A stretch of 64,000 nucleotides of DNA from Candidatus Aminicenantales bacterium. GTDB lineage: Bacteria > Acidobacteriota > Aminicenantia > Aminicenantales > UBA4085. Below, one piece after another: positions 50,962 through 60,774 of the stretch. The position numbers and the translations under genes are program-made. The DNA is taken from positions 3,301 to 67,300 of the forward strand of contig JBAVVD010000060.1 of assembly GCA_049697115.1 (NCBI GenBank), in the 5' to 3' direction. Under the pieces are notes generated by a model that made no database searches, had not been told where the DNA came from, and saw only the letters and a program-made list of their open reading frames with translations. How positions within the stretch are numbered: the first letter of the stretch is position 1; each line of letters opens with the position of its first letter.

Positions 50962-51302
50962 TTTCCTTAAATTCTCTCTCCTCATATGAAAATACATTTC
51001 TTTTTTGAGTTTTTTAAATCTATAGGACGGAAAAATAAAAGTCAAGAAGAAAATAGGCTCCGCTCCGAATAGAAGAAATTCCATAAAAAAAGGATTGTAA
51101 CTTTACGACTCACTGTTTCGTATCAACAATCGGATGAATGTTCACTATTGCTTTTCTGTCCAATCCTCCTATATATTTTCAATTCATGTCTCAAGTCCCT
51201 GTCGACCGGATCCAACGTTTCTTCTTCTTGTCTGCCAAGGAAAAAGGAGGAGTGATCCCAAAGAGCTTTCAAAAAAGCCGATTCTTATAAAAAGGAGGTC
51301 CA

Positions 51303-52919
51303 ATGGCGAAAAAGACACTCAGACTCAGCGGTCTTATTGTCTGTGTCTTTCTTCTTCTTTCATTCCAAACTCAACTTCGATCGGACGATGACCTTCACCG
51401 GGTCTGGGCCGTGAAGGACTGCCGCATTATCTCTCTCTCCGGCCCGCCCATAGAAAAAGGCACCATTGTCATCCGCAATGGAATGATCGAGGCCGTCGGC
51501 CCAAATATATCCATCCCCCCTGACGCCGAAGTCATTGACGGAAGCACGCTCACCGCTTATCCGGGCCTGATCGACGGTCTCGGTCAGTACCTGCTTAAGC
51601 TGCCCGAGGAAAAGTTCGATATCACTAAAGTCTATACAGGAGAATTCACGGACAAGGACAAAGGCCTAACTCCCGAGCTCAATGCCTTCGACTTTATCGA
51701 CCTGGGGAAAGTATCTCTTGAAAAATACCACACTTTCGGATTCACGGCCGCTCATGTGCTTCCGGAGAAAGGAGTTCTCGCCGGCCAGGCTTCGTTTTTC
51801 TCGCTGAGCTCTTCGGAAAAAACCAAGGCCCTGCTTCTCAAGGATACATGCCTCGGCATTGGATTTTCTCCGGCTTCTTTCCTGGTCTATCCCAACTCTC
51901 TCATGGGCGTCGCGGCGCTCCTCCGCCAGACATTCCAAGATGCCTCTCATTATCGCCGGATCCAGTCCCTGTGGAAAAAGGAAATGAAAGGCATGGGCCG
52001 CTCCGAATACGATGCCCGTCTTGAGGTCATTTCGGATTATGTGACCGGAAAAAAATCCATCGTCTTTCTCTGCCGGAACCAGCACGACATCCGAAGAGCT
52101 TTGAGCATTGCCGATGAGTTTAATCTCAATTACTTTATCTGCGATCTCGGCAGTGAAGCGTCCGCTCTCATTCCCGAATTGAAGCGGGCCAAGGCCAGGG
52201 TCCTCTGCACAGTCGGATTTAAAGTGCCGGCCACGAGCATTCATTCTCAGCTCGGGAGAGAGGAACGAGAAAAAGCAGAGAAAGAAATCTACCCCAAGAA
52301 TCCGGTCAAACTGGCCGAGGCGGGAATTCCTTTTGTGTTCTCCTCCCTGGGAACGGACGCCCCCAAAAGTTTCCGGGAGGGAATCCTTCAAGCCATAGAA
52401 GCCGGTCTCTCCCAGGAAAAAGCCCTTGAAGCGTTGACCAAAAACGCCGCCGCTTTCTTTGGACTGGACCAAGCGCTGGGCACTATTGAGCCGGGGAAAA
52501 TTGCCAATCTGGCACTCGCCGAAGGAGACATCCTGGGCAAAGAGGCCAAGGTGACGCATATTTTTGCCGATGGACAGAAATTCGAGGTCAAAGCGGCCAA
52601 AGCCAAAGAAGGAGAAAAACCCGCTGTCAATATCACTGGAAAATGGGAACTCAACGTGGAAGGAGGAATCAAGCTGACCGTTGAATTCACGCAGGAAGAA
52701 GACTCTCTTTCCGGCCGGATGACCACTCCTTTCGGCGTCTTTGACTTTACCGGTGGAACCGTATCCGGAAAAGAAATCTATTTCGAGATGTCCCTGTCGA
52801 TCGGAGGACAGGAGCTCGACCTCTATTTTTCAGCCACCGTGGAAGAGGACACGATGAGAGGATCGGTCGTTCAGGGCACTTCCGGATCGGCGGAATTCAC
52901 CGGAAAACGCATTCCTTAG
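51303..52919 (+). CDS. Secreted amidohydrolase-family metal-dependent hydrolase (paralogue 1, with extra C-terminal beta-sandwich domain)
   Basis: Signal peptide. Amidohydrolase N-terminal beta-domain (IVIRNGMIEAVGPNISIPPDAEVIDGSTLTAYPGLID) and a C-terminal ~110-aa extension. Confidence 0.65.
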   Translation: MAKKTLRLSGLIVCVFLLLSFQTQLRSDDDLHRVWAVKDCRIISLSGPPIEKGTIVIRNGMIEAVGPNISIPPDAEVIDGSTLTAYPGLIDGLGQYLLKLPEEKFDITKVYTGEFTDKDKGLTPELNAFDFIDLGKVSLEKYHTFGFTAAHVLPEKGVLAGQASFFSLSSSEKTKALLLKDTCLGIGFSPASFLVYPNSLMGVAALLRQTFQDASHYRRIQSLWKKEMKGMGRSEYDARLEVISDYVTGKKSIVFLCRNQHDIRRALSIADEFNLNYFICDLGSEASALIPELKRAKARVLCTVGFKVPATSIHSQLGREEREKAEKEIYPKNPVKLAEAGIPFVFSSLGTDAPKSFREGILQAIEAGLSQEKALEALTKNAAAFFGLDQALGTIEPGKIANLALAEGDILGKEAKVTHIFADGQKFEVKAAKAKEGEKPAVNITGKWELNVEGGIKLTVEFTQEEDSLSGRMTTPFGVFDFTGGTVSGKEIYFEMSLSIGGQELDLYFSATVEEDTMRGSVVQGTSGSAEFTGKRIP

Positions 52920-52929
52920 GAGGAAAGCC

Positions 52930-54294
52930 ATGGAGTCTAGACTTAAAGTCACCATCATTATTGTTGTCCTTGTGCTGGGCAGTCTTTCGCCTTCCCTTGC
53001 GTCCGAGAAAAGCCTTCTGCTTAAAAACGGCAACATCATCCCGGTGAGCGGCGAAAACATCTTAAATGGGGACATCCTGATTCAGGGGAAAAAGATCGCC
53101 AGAATCGGTCACGATCTGACGGCGGGGCCGGATACGGAAGTCATTGACCTCAACGGAAAATGGGTCATTCCCGGAATCATCGACTCCCACTCCCATATTG
53201 CCGTCGAAGGCGGAGTGAATGAAATGGGCGACCTCATTACCGCCGAAGTGGACATTCAGGATGTGATCAATCCCGAAGACATCAATATCTTCTATGCCCT
53301 GACCGGAGGTGTGACCGCCGTCCACACCATGCACGGCTCGGCCAATCCGATCGGCGGCCGCGGCGTGGTTCTCAAGCTCCGCTGGGGAAAAAGCGCCAGT
53401 GAGATGATTTTTGAGGGCGCTCCCCTCACAAGCAAATGGGCGCTCGGTGAAAATCCGAAGCAGGCGAATTCTTCTAGACCCGGAAGAGCCCGCTATCCAA
53501 GATCAAGGATGGGTGTGGAAGCTTCCATCAGAAAGGAATTCGAAGAGGCCAGAGAATACATGCGGAAGTGGAATGAATACGCCCAAAAAGTCAGGGATCC
53601 CAAACAGACGAGAGGAAGAAGGCCCCTGCCCGTTCCGCCCAAAAAAGATTACCGTCTGGAAGCCATCGCTGATATACTGAGAGGCAAATACTGGGTTCGC
53701 TGCCACGCCTACCAGTCCGAGGAAATGCTTTCCATCATGCGTCTCTGTAAGGAATACGATGTGAAGCTTGTCTGCTTTGAGCACGGCCTGGAGGGTTATC
53801 GGATCACGAATGAACTGGTGAAATACGGCGTGGCCGTCTCAACCTTTGCCGATTTTTGGGCCTACAAGTGGGAGGCCTTTCAGACGATGCCCCATGCCGC
53901 GGCACTGATGGCCAAAAGAGGGGTTCTGGTAGCCCTGAATTCCGACGATGCGGAACGGATGCGCCGCCTCTTTAACGAAGCCGCTAAAACGGTCCGCTTC
54001 GGCGGCCTGTCGGAGCGTGAAGCACTGAAGACGATCACCCTCAATCCGGCCATCATCTTGGGCATTGACAAACAAACAGGAACGATCGAAGTCGGGAAAG
54101 ACGCCGACCTGGCCGTCTTCAGCCGCCATCCTCTGGACCCCTACACCATCTGCGAGATAACGCTGGTGGACGGGAAAGTCTATTTTGACCGCACAAAATA
54201 CCTTGAGGACAGAAAACGCGCTGAGGAACAGAAAAAGAAACCAGAGGAGGACGTCCAAAAGCCCAGGGAAAAGAAAAACGGAGCGGAGGTCTGA
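52930..54294 (+). CDS. Secreted amidohydrolase-family hydrolase (paralogue 2)
   Basis: Signal peptide and a metal-binding HSH motif (PGIIDSHSHIAVEGG). Confidence 0.7.
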   Translation: MESRLKVTIIIVVLVLGSLSPSLASEKSLLLKNGNIIPVSGENILNGDILIQGKKIARIGHDLTAGPDTEVIDLNGKWVIPGIIDSHSHIAVEGGVNEMGDLITAEVDIQDVINPEDINIFYALTGGVTAVHTMHGSANPIGGRGVVLKLRWGKSASEMIFEGAPLTSKWALGENPKQANSSRPGRARYPRSRMGVEASIRKEFEEAREYMRKWNEYAQKVRDPKQTRGRRPLPVPPKKDYRLEAIADILRGKYWVRCHAYQSEEMLSIMRLCKEYDVKLVCFEHGLEGYRITNELVKYGVAVSTFADFWAYKWEAFQTMPHAAALMAKRGVLVALNSDDAERMRRLFNEAAKTVRFGGLSEREALKTITLNPAIILGIDKQTGTIEVGKDADLAVFSRHPLDPYTICEITLVDGKVYFDRTKYLEDRKRAEEQKKKPEEDVQKPREKKNGAEV

Positions 54295-54296
54295 CC

Positions 54297-55589
54297 ATGA
54301 AAAAAGTCAAAATTCTGACTGCAGCCATAGGACTTCTGGCCATCTGGCTGGCCGGCCAGGGATATCCCCAAAAAATCCTGATCAAGAACGCCGTCTTCAT
54401 TCCCGTTGTCGGCGAGGACCTGGAACGCGGAAGCCTGCTTATTGAAGACGGCAAAATCGCCGCTATCGGCCGGGATATTCCGGTTCCGGAAGGGACGGAA
54501 ATCATCGACGCTTCAGGGATGTTTGTCTACCCCGGATTCATAGACGCTTTCACTCATTTCGGCCTCCTGGAAATCGGAGCCATCGGTAGTACGGTTGACG
54601 TCCGCGAGATGGGAAAAGAAAATCCCGAACTTCGCGTGGCCTGGGCCATCAATCCCCAGTCGATCCATTTCGCCACTTCCCGTATCAACGGCACGACCAC
54701 AGCCGTGGTTGCCCCCCAAGGGGGGACTTTTCCCGGCTTGACGGCTCTCATCAAGATGGACGGTTGGACATTCCCTGAAATGAGAGTCCAAGAGGTAGCC
54801 ACCTCAATGATCAACTTCCCCATGACTCCCCGTCCACCGAAGGAAGGGGGCACTCAACAGGCGGAAACCAAACAGGACGTCACCTCCAAACTGGTGGAAA
54901 AAATCAAAGAATATCTCGACGAAGCCCGACGCTATCTCCAGCTCAAAAAACTGGCTTCGGAAAATCCGGCAATGACTCCCCCTGCGCCCAACCCAAAGTA
55001 TGAGGCATTAGCTCCTGTGCTGGATGGAAGCCTTCCGGTGATTGTCTCTGTGGAAAAATCAAGGGACATCGAACTGGCATTGAAATTCATAAAGGAGCAG
55101 AAACTCAAGGCCATTTTCCGCGGGTGCGCCCAGGGCTTCAAGGTGGCTGATCAAATCCAGAAAGCAGGGATTCCCGTCATCATTGATAATCTCTACACGA
55201 ATCCGTCCGAGCCTGAGGACGGCTATGACGCTCCTTACCGGAACGTGGCAGAACTGGCCAAGGCCGGAGTACTGATCTGCTTTTCTTCTGGAGAAGATCC
55301 CTCCACCGGCAAAGACCTGCCCTATCAAGCGGCTAAAGCAGTGGCCTTTGGGCTCGACCGCACAGAAGCGATCAAGGCTCTGACCATCAATCCGGCCCGT
55401 ATTTTCGGCCTTGCATCGAGGCTGGGCAGTCTGGAGCCGGGTAAGGACGCGGACCTGTTTATCACCACCGGAGATCCGCTCGACTTCAAATCGGAAGTGA
55501 AATATCTTTTCATCAACGGAAAACCCATCGACCTCGACAACTGGTGGGAGACTCTGTACGACAAATGGAAATCGCGGCCGATTAAATAA
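54297..55589 (+). CDS. Secreted amidohydrolase-family hydrolase (paralogue 3)
   Basis: Signal peptide. VYPGFIDAFTHFGL and the amidohydrolase fold, with the C-terminal GKDADLFI motif shared with paralogue 2 (GKDADLAVF). Confidence 0.7.
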   Translation: MKKVKILTAAIGLLAIWLAGQGYPQKILIKNAVFIPVVGEDLERGSLLIEDGKIAAIGRDIPVPEGTEIIDASGMFVYPGFIDAFTHFGLLEIGAIGSTVDVREMGKENPELRVAWAINPQSIHFATSRINGTTTAVVAPQGGTFPGLTALIKMDGWTFPEMRVQEVATSMINFPMTPRPPKEGGTQQAETKQDVTSKLVEKIKEYLDEARRYLQLKKLASENPAMTPPAPNPKYEALAPVLDGSLPVIVSVEKSRDIELALKFIKEQKLKAIFRGCAQGFKVADQIQKAGIPVIIDNLYTNPSEPEDGYDAPYRNVAELAKAGVLICFSSGEDPSTGKDLPYQAAKAVAFGLDRTEAIKALTINPARIFGLASRLGSLEPGKDADLFITTGDPLDFKSEVKYLFINGKPIDLDNWWETLYDKWKSRPIK

Positions 55590-55718
55590 ACACAAATGGC
55601 CAATTCTCCATCCGGAGGACATCTGGAGAAATATTTTTGTTGACCTCATTGATTCACCGCGGGGATTCTGGTATCTTCATTATTCCTTGAAGGCAGATTA
55701 AAATCGACGGAGGTCATT

Positions 55719-56306
55719 ATGCCTATAAAAATTTTCCTCCCCTTTGGAGTGGCGTTTTTTCTATTGGCCATTCCCTTTCTGAGCGCGGAGGCCGCAGAAA
55801 ATCCCAAAGTTCTTCTTCAGACGACAAAGGGCGACATCACTATCGAGCTTTACCAAGATAAGGCCCCCATCACGGTGAAGAACCTTCTCTCTTATGTGGA
55901 TAAAAAATTCTACGACGGGACCATTTTCCACAGAGTGATTAAAGGATTCATGATTCAAGGCGGAGGGCTTACGGCGGACTTTGTTGAAAAACTCGCTGAT
56001 TCTCCCATCAAAAATGAAGCCGCCAACGGATTAAAAAACCTGAGGGGAACGATCGCCATGGCCCGGATGCCGGAAATCCACAGCGCCACCTGCCAGTTTT
56101 TCATCAATCATGTGGACAACGCCTATCTGGACCATCGCAGCAATACGCCTGAGGGGTACGGCTACGCCGTATTTGGTAAGATCATAAAGGGGCTGGAAGT
56201 GGTCGACGCCATAGCCGCATCCCCCACAGGGACAATCAAAGGAAACGCCGATGCTCCCCGGCAGACCATCACCATCCTCTCAGTGAAAAGGTTGGAAAAC
56301 AAGTGA
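55719..56306 (+). CDS. ppiA: Peptidyl-prolyl cis-trans isomerase, cyclophilin type (secreted)
   Basis: Signal peptide and the cyclophilin core (FHRVIKGFMIQGGG...ARMPEIHSATCQFFIN). Confidence 0.85.
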   Translation: MPIKIFLPFGVAFFLLAIPFLSAEAAENPKVLLQTTKGDITIELYQDKAPITVKNLLSYVDKKFYDGTIFHRVIKGFMIQGGGLTADFVEKLADSPIKNEAANGLKNLRGTIAMARMPEIHSATCQFFINHVDNAYLDHRSNTPEGYGYAVFGKIIKGLEVVDAIAASPTGTIKGNADAPRQTITILSVKRLENK

Positions 56307-56376
56307 GCTGAAACAGCTCCGGAAGCCCCTCCAAGTATTTCATTCGCACCGCGGTGAATCCGCTGGGATTCCAATT

Positions 56377-56569
56377 AATACGAACGCAATAAATGACGTG
56401 ACAAAATATATACGGCGCTGGGGCCGCCCTCAACCCCCGAACCCCGGGGAACCAGTCCCGTCGGTTCCCCCTTCGGATAAGCCGATGGGGGCCCCCTCCG
56501 CTACAGTGGCTTGAGGGCGGCCTCAGCGCCGATCAAAGATTGTCACTTTATTTATTGCCTCCGTAATAG
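56377..56569. repeat. Palindromic ~193-bp intergenic element, copy 2 (IRs 56414-56429 and 56515-56530; core 56430-56514, inverted relative to copy 1)
   Basis: Arms match copy 1 in the same orientation (aatacgaaNgcaataaatgacgtgacaNaatatata... / ...gatcaaagattNtNacNttatttattgcNtccgtaatag). The core is the reverse complement of copy 1's core (~90% identity). Confidence 0.85.
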
Positions 56570-56600
56570 ATTAATGAGACAAACAGATTAGTCAATAGCG

Positions 56601-56810
56601 ATGTCCTGGAAAGCTTTTTTTGACTGGGTTTTTTCTTTTGTTCATCTCGCCCTCCTTCTCGGAATCCTTGTCTATGCCGGGGTGGCACTGATCCAGGCAA
56701 ACATCGCCCGTTTCGGGGTGGTCTTCGGATGCCTTATTGGATATTACGTTCTTGTTCTTCACCCGGCTGTGAAAAAGGAAATAGAAAGAAAAAGAAAAAA
56801 AGATAAATGA
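56601..56810 (+). CDS. Small hypothetical membrane protein (69 aa)
   Basis: Two TM helices and a KR-rich tail. Overlaps the start of the M23 peptidase gene by 4 nt. Confidence 0.35.
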   Translation: MSWKAFFDWVFSFVHLALLLGILVYAGVALIQANIARFGVVFGCLIGYYVLVLHPAVKKEIERKRKKDK

Positions 56811-58057
56811 AAAAGAAAAAAAGACGGATTCTCTTCCTCGTTCTGAGCGTTTTCTCTGTCCTTGTGGCCTTTTCGTTCATTTTTGTTCACCTCGCAAAGA
56901 AGAGATCCTCTCTCCGCCGGGAGGAATCATCTCCTCCCGCGGCCGAAGCTGCGGCGGACGCTCTTGTAGAAACAAAGGTCATCCTCCAGAAAGGAATGAC
57001 CCTGTCAGACCTTCTCAGCCGCTATCATTTTTCGCCGGCTGAAATCCACCGTTTAAGAGAACAAACAAAGCCGGTCTTCAGCCTCAATCGAATCAAGGCC
57101 GGACAGGAGATTTGCTTTGTGACTGATGCGGACGGCCGGATGAAATCCATGAAATATCAGATCGACGACCTCCATTATCTTCTCATCCAGATCAAGGACG
57201 AGAACTATGCGGCGTCGATCGAAGAATATGCCTATGAGACGCGAGTGGATGCAATCTGGGGAACCATCGAGGACAACCTGGTTTCTGCGTTCAACGAAAA
57301 AAATGAAGGGAATAAACTGGCCCTGGATATGGCGGAGTGTTTTGCCTGGGATATCGACTTCTACACCGATCTCCGTCAGGGAGACTCTTTCCGCGTGATT
57401 TTTGAAAAGAAATATCTCGACGGCCAATTCACCGGCTACGGAAATATTCTGGCGGCGGAATTCGTCAACCAGGGAAAAAAATTCCAGGCCTTCCGTTATG
57501 TCTATCCGGACACAAAAAAGTGGGACTATTTCGACGGGGAAGGGAAATCCCTGAGAAAAGAGTTTCTGAAATCCCCGATCAAATACGGCCGGATTACCTC
57601 TCGCTTCAGCCTCAGACGGCTCCACCCTATCCGAAAAGTCTACCGGCCCCATTTCGGAGTGGATTACAGCGCTCCCATCGGCACACCGGTTCAGGCGACA
57701 GCGGACGGCACAGTGACGCTTGTCGGCTGGAACGGAGCGTCCGGCCGAATGGTCCGAATCCGCCACGCGAATAATTACGAGACCATGTATCTTCATCTCC
57801 AAAAATATTTCGTCAAAAAAGGGGATCCGATCAAAGGAGGCGAGACTGTGGGAACCGTTGGTTCATCCGGCGAGTCCACAGGTCCCCACCTGGATTATCG
57901 GATTAAATTTCGAGGAAGCTATATCAATCCTCTGGCCTGGAGATTCAAGCCCGTGGCGCCTGTCCGGCCGGAATATCTGGAAGACTACAAAAACACCGTG
58001 GCCAAATTCTCTTTTTTTCTGAACCTGCCCCTTTTTATCTGGTCCCGTCTTTATTAA
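56807..58057 (+). CDS. M23-family metallopeptidase (LytM/OapA-like)
   Basis: N-terminal TM segment and the M23 catalytic region (HFGVDYSAPIGTPVQATADGTV...HLHLQKYFVKKGD...GSSGESTGPHLDYRI). Confidence 0.8.
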   Translation: MKKKKRRILFLVLSVFSVLVAFSFIFVHLAKKRSSLRREESSPPAAEAAADALVETKVILQKGMTLSDLLSRYHFSPAEIHRLREQTKPVFSLNRIKAGQEICFVTDADGRMKSMKYQIDDLHYLLIQIKDENYAASIEEYAYETRVDAIWGTIEDNLVSAFNEKNEGNKLALDMAECFAWDIDFYTDLRQGDSFRVIFEKKYLDGQFTGYGNILAAEFVNQGKKFQAFRYVYPDTKKWDYFDGEGKSLRKEFLKSPIKYGRITSRFSLRRLHPIRKVYRPHFGVDYSAPIGTPVQATADGTVTLVGWNGASGRMVRIRHANNYETMYLHLQKYFVKKGDPIKGGETVGTVGSSGESTGPHLDYRIKFRGSYINPLAWRFKPVAPVRPEYLEDYKNTVAKFSFFLNLPLFIWSRLY

Positions 58058-58182
58058 TTATTGTTGATTTTCGCTTCACTCAAAGAGCCCAAACGTCCTC
58101 TGTCATGTTTTTTCTGATTGACAATAAATATCCATGAAAATACAATAACCTCATCCATTTAAATAAAATCCAAGGAGGTTCA

Positions 58183-59283
58183 ATGAAAATTACTCTCAGT
58201 GTCTTAAAAGCAGATATCGGGAGTATCGGCGGACACATCAAGCCCAGCCAGGCTGTCTTTGACGAAGTCAAAAATTTTGTCCAGAAAAACGGCAAAGGTC
58301 TAATCATCGATTCTTATTTCAGCTCAACGGGTGACGACATCGCCATCCTCTGCACTCATGAAAAAGGTGTCTCAAACGAAAAAATCCATAAGCTGGCCTG
58401 GGATGCCTTCCTGTCAGGGACTGAAGTGGCCAAAAAACAGGGGCTTTACGGCGCCGGACAGGATCTGCTGAAAGATTCCTTCAGCGGAAACATTAAAGGC
58501 ATGGGTCCGGCTGTCGCCGAGATGGAGTTTAGTGAGCGGCCCAATGAACCCTTTATCTTTTTCGCCGCTGACAAGACCGACCCCGGCGCTTACAATCTGC
58601 CCTTCTATCTGGCCTTCACTGACCCGATGTACTGTGCGGGACTGCTCCTGAGTCCCAAAATGAGCGAAGGATTCACCTTCCGCATCATCGACGTGGGCTA
58701 CACAAAAAAAGACAAAATTATCGAGCTCAACGCTCCGGAAGAAACCTATGATATCGCCACCCTGCTCAGGGACAACGAAAAATACGTCATCGAAAGCATC
58801 ATCTCCCGAAACACAGGAAATCAATCCGTATCCATCTCCACCACGCGCCTGCACAATATTGCCGGCAAATATACGGGAAAGGACGATCCGGTGGCGCTCG
58901 TCCGGGTCCAGGGAGAATTTCCCGCCACCGGAGAAATTCTGGCGCCCTTTCAAATCGGTCCTTTGGTCGCCGGCTTCATGAGAGGAAGTCATAACGGTCC
59001 CCTCATGCCGTGTCAGTTGAATTCCACCATTTCCTATTTCGACGGACCTCCGGTGGTCACCGGCGCGGCATTCTGCGTCAGGGAGGGAAAATTGACCGAA
59101 CCCGCGGATGTCTTCGACCATCCTTTCTGGGACTACGTCAGAGCAGAAATATCACGGAAAGCCGCAGATATCCGAAGACAGGGCTTCTCTGGAGCCGCCA
59201 TGCTCCCTTACAGCGAACTCGAATACGGCGGTATTGTCGAAAAGTTAGCCACGCTGGAAAAGAGATTCACATACAGAGATTGA
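58183..59283 (+). CDS. fbp: Bifunctional fructose-1,6-bisphosphate aldolase/phosphatase (class V FBPase)
   Basis: MKITLSVLKADIGSIGGH... and full-length similarity to the archaeal/deep-bacterial FBP aldolase/phosphatase family. Confidence 0.8.
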   Translation: MKITLSVLKADIGSIGGHIKPSQAVFDEVKNFVQKNGKGLIIDSYFSSTGDDIAILCTHEKGVSNEKIHKLAWDAFLSGTEVAKKQGLYGAGQDLLKDSFSGNIKGMGPAVAEMEFSERPNEPFIFFAADKTDPGAYNLPFYLAFTDPMYCAGLLLSPKMSEGFTFRIIDVGYTKKDKIIELNAPEETYDIATLLRDNEKYVIESIISRNTGNQSVSISTTRLHNIAGKYTGKDDPVALVRVQGEFPATGEILAPFQIGPLVAGFMRGSHNGPLMPCQLNSTISYFDGPPVVTGAAFCVREGKLTEPADVFDHPFWDYVRAEISRKAADIRRQGFSGAAMLPYSELEYGGIVEKLATLEKRFTYRD

Positions 59284-59465
59284 AAACAATTTCGCAATCC
59301 GGATCCCAATTTTCATCCGAAAAGGGACCCGGAGAGCGGCGGGATTCAAATTCGATTTAGAGCGGACAGACTTCGAGAGAAGCGGCTTCCAAGAGGTTCC
59401 CATCGGCCGTTATGAAGCTCGCTCATTGAAACGAAAATTTTTATACAGGAAAAGCGCAGCCCCAC

Positions 59466-59915
59466 ATGAAGACATTTAAAAATCCGGTTCCCACGGTGGA
59501 CATCATTATCGAAATTGAAAGATCGGATGGAAGGAAAGGAATTGTCCTCATTCAAAGGAAGAATCCTCCGTTCGGCTGGGCTCTTCCAGGCGGATTTGTC
59601 GATTACGGCGAATCTCTAGAAAAGGCCGCTGTCCGTGAAGCGGAAGAAGAGACCTCCCTCAAAATCAAGCTCCGCTATCAGCTTCACACGTATTCCGACC
59701 CGGTTCGCGATCCCCGCCAGCACACAATTTCCACGGTCTATGTGGCCCGGGCCAGGGGCATGCCGAAGGCTCAAGATGATGCCCAAGAAATACGGATATT
59801 CACTCCAGAGGAAATCAATTTCACCCTGGCTTTCGATCATAAAAGAATTCTGAACGATTATTTCAAGCGAGAAGGGATGACAAAAAATGGATACCCCCAA
59901 AGGAAAAAAGTCTGA
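59466..59915 (+). CDS. NUDIX hydrolase
   Basis: Nudix box [24 protein letters not shown]. Confidence 0.8.
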   Translation: MKTFKNPVPTVDIIIEIERSDGRKGIVLIQRKNPPFGWALPGGFVDYGESLEKAAVREAEEETSLKIKLRYQLHTYSDPVRDPRQHTISTVYVARARGMPKAQDDAQEIRIFTPEEINFTLAFDHKRILNDYFKREGMTKNGYPQRKKV

Positions 59916-60147
59916 TCGTGATATAAAACTTAAAGAACTGATTAAAGTGTGGGGCCCTGTGGAAGCCGAAGTTATTAAAAGCTTTTTGGAGAGTCACGGT
60001 ATATCGTGCCTTTTTCAGGGCCGTGTGGTTCATGCCGTTCACCCATTTTCAACAGATGGCCTTGGAGAAATTCGGATATTTGTGTCCGAAAATGACCTGG
60101 CCACGGCGAAAAAACTGCTGGAAAGCCGGGAGGGCGAGCCCGCCTAA
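59887..60147 (+). CDS. DUF2007-like small protein (putative signal-transducing protein)
   Basis: 86-aa ORF overlapping the NUDIX 3' end. Weak family resemblance only. Confidence 0.35.
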   Translation: MDTPKGKKSDRDIKLKELIKVWGPVEAEVIKSFLESHGISCLFQGRVVHAVHPFSTDGLGEIRIFVSENDLATAKKLLESREGEPA

Positions 60148-60249
60148 AAAGTTCTCTTCCATCAACTGACTATATTTAGTGTCTTTTTAAGAAGTTCCCC
60201 ACCATATTTAGAATCATAAAAAATTTCAGCATTTTAAAGCTATTTTTGC

Positions 60250-60312
60250 TTGACTTTTATAACCTTCTTGCTTATATTTCATGAAAATGGGATAAAACGG
60301 GACAAAATGGGA
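60250..60312 (+). promoter_or_regulatory. mraZ/dcw promoter TTGACT-17-TATATT (60250-60278) followed by three 10-bp-phased (T/C)GGGA MraZ-box-like repeats (60288-60292, 60298-60302, 60308-60312)
   Basis: Seen directly. The repeat spacing is exactly 10 bp and the third box overlaps the mraZ RBS. Confidence 0.55.
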
Positions 60313-60315
60313 AAT

Positions 60316-60774
60316 ATGTTACTTGGAAGCTGCACAGCGAAGCTCGATAAAAGCGGGCGGATAAAGATTCCCGAAAAATTCCGCACCGCTATCGAAGAAC
60401 AATATGGAAAAATGCTTTTCATCACATCTCTGGAGGATGAATCTGTCCAGCTTTTCCCCCTACCCGTCTGGGAGGAAATGACGGGAATCACCAATAAAGG
60501 AACCCTTCATCTCGATCCTACGGTCAGAGAATTTTTACGCCGGGTCAACCGCAAAGGGGCCTACGCCGAAATTGACTCGAAGGGGCGGATTCTGATCAGT
60601 CAGCCCTTGAGGGAAAAAGCCAATTTCCAATGCGAGGTGGAAGTGATTGGCCTGACCAACCACCTGGAAATATGGGACAAGAGTATCCTCGATGAAAAAC
60701 TGGAAAACAAACCCCTGACCCACGAAGACTTTAAAAACATCGCCAAGCTTATGAGTAATGGGAAACTGGAATGA
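60316..60774 (+). CDS. mraZ: Transcriptional regulator MraZ
   Basis: MLLGSCTAKLDKSGRIKIPEKFR matches the MraZ N-terminus, and there are two SpoVT/AbrB-like repeats. The track ORF begins upstream inside the promoter. Confidence 0.85.
   Translation: MLLGSCTAKLDKSGRIKIPEKFRTAIEEQYGKMLFITSLEDESVQLFPLPVWEEMTGITNKGTLHLDPTVREFLRRVNRKGAYAEIDSKGRILISQPLREKANFQCEVEVIGLTNHLEIWDKSILDEKLENKPLTHEDFKNIAKLMSNGKLE

Noticed and set aside
50128-51084. Full-length 318-aa ORF for the secreted beta-rich protein
   Set aside because: The first 41 codons precede a clear signal peptide (MKKIMGISVLL...) and have no RBS support. The internal start at 50961 is preferred.
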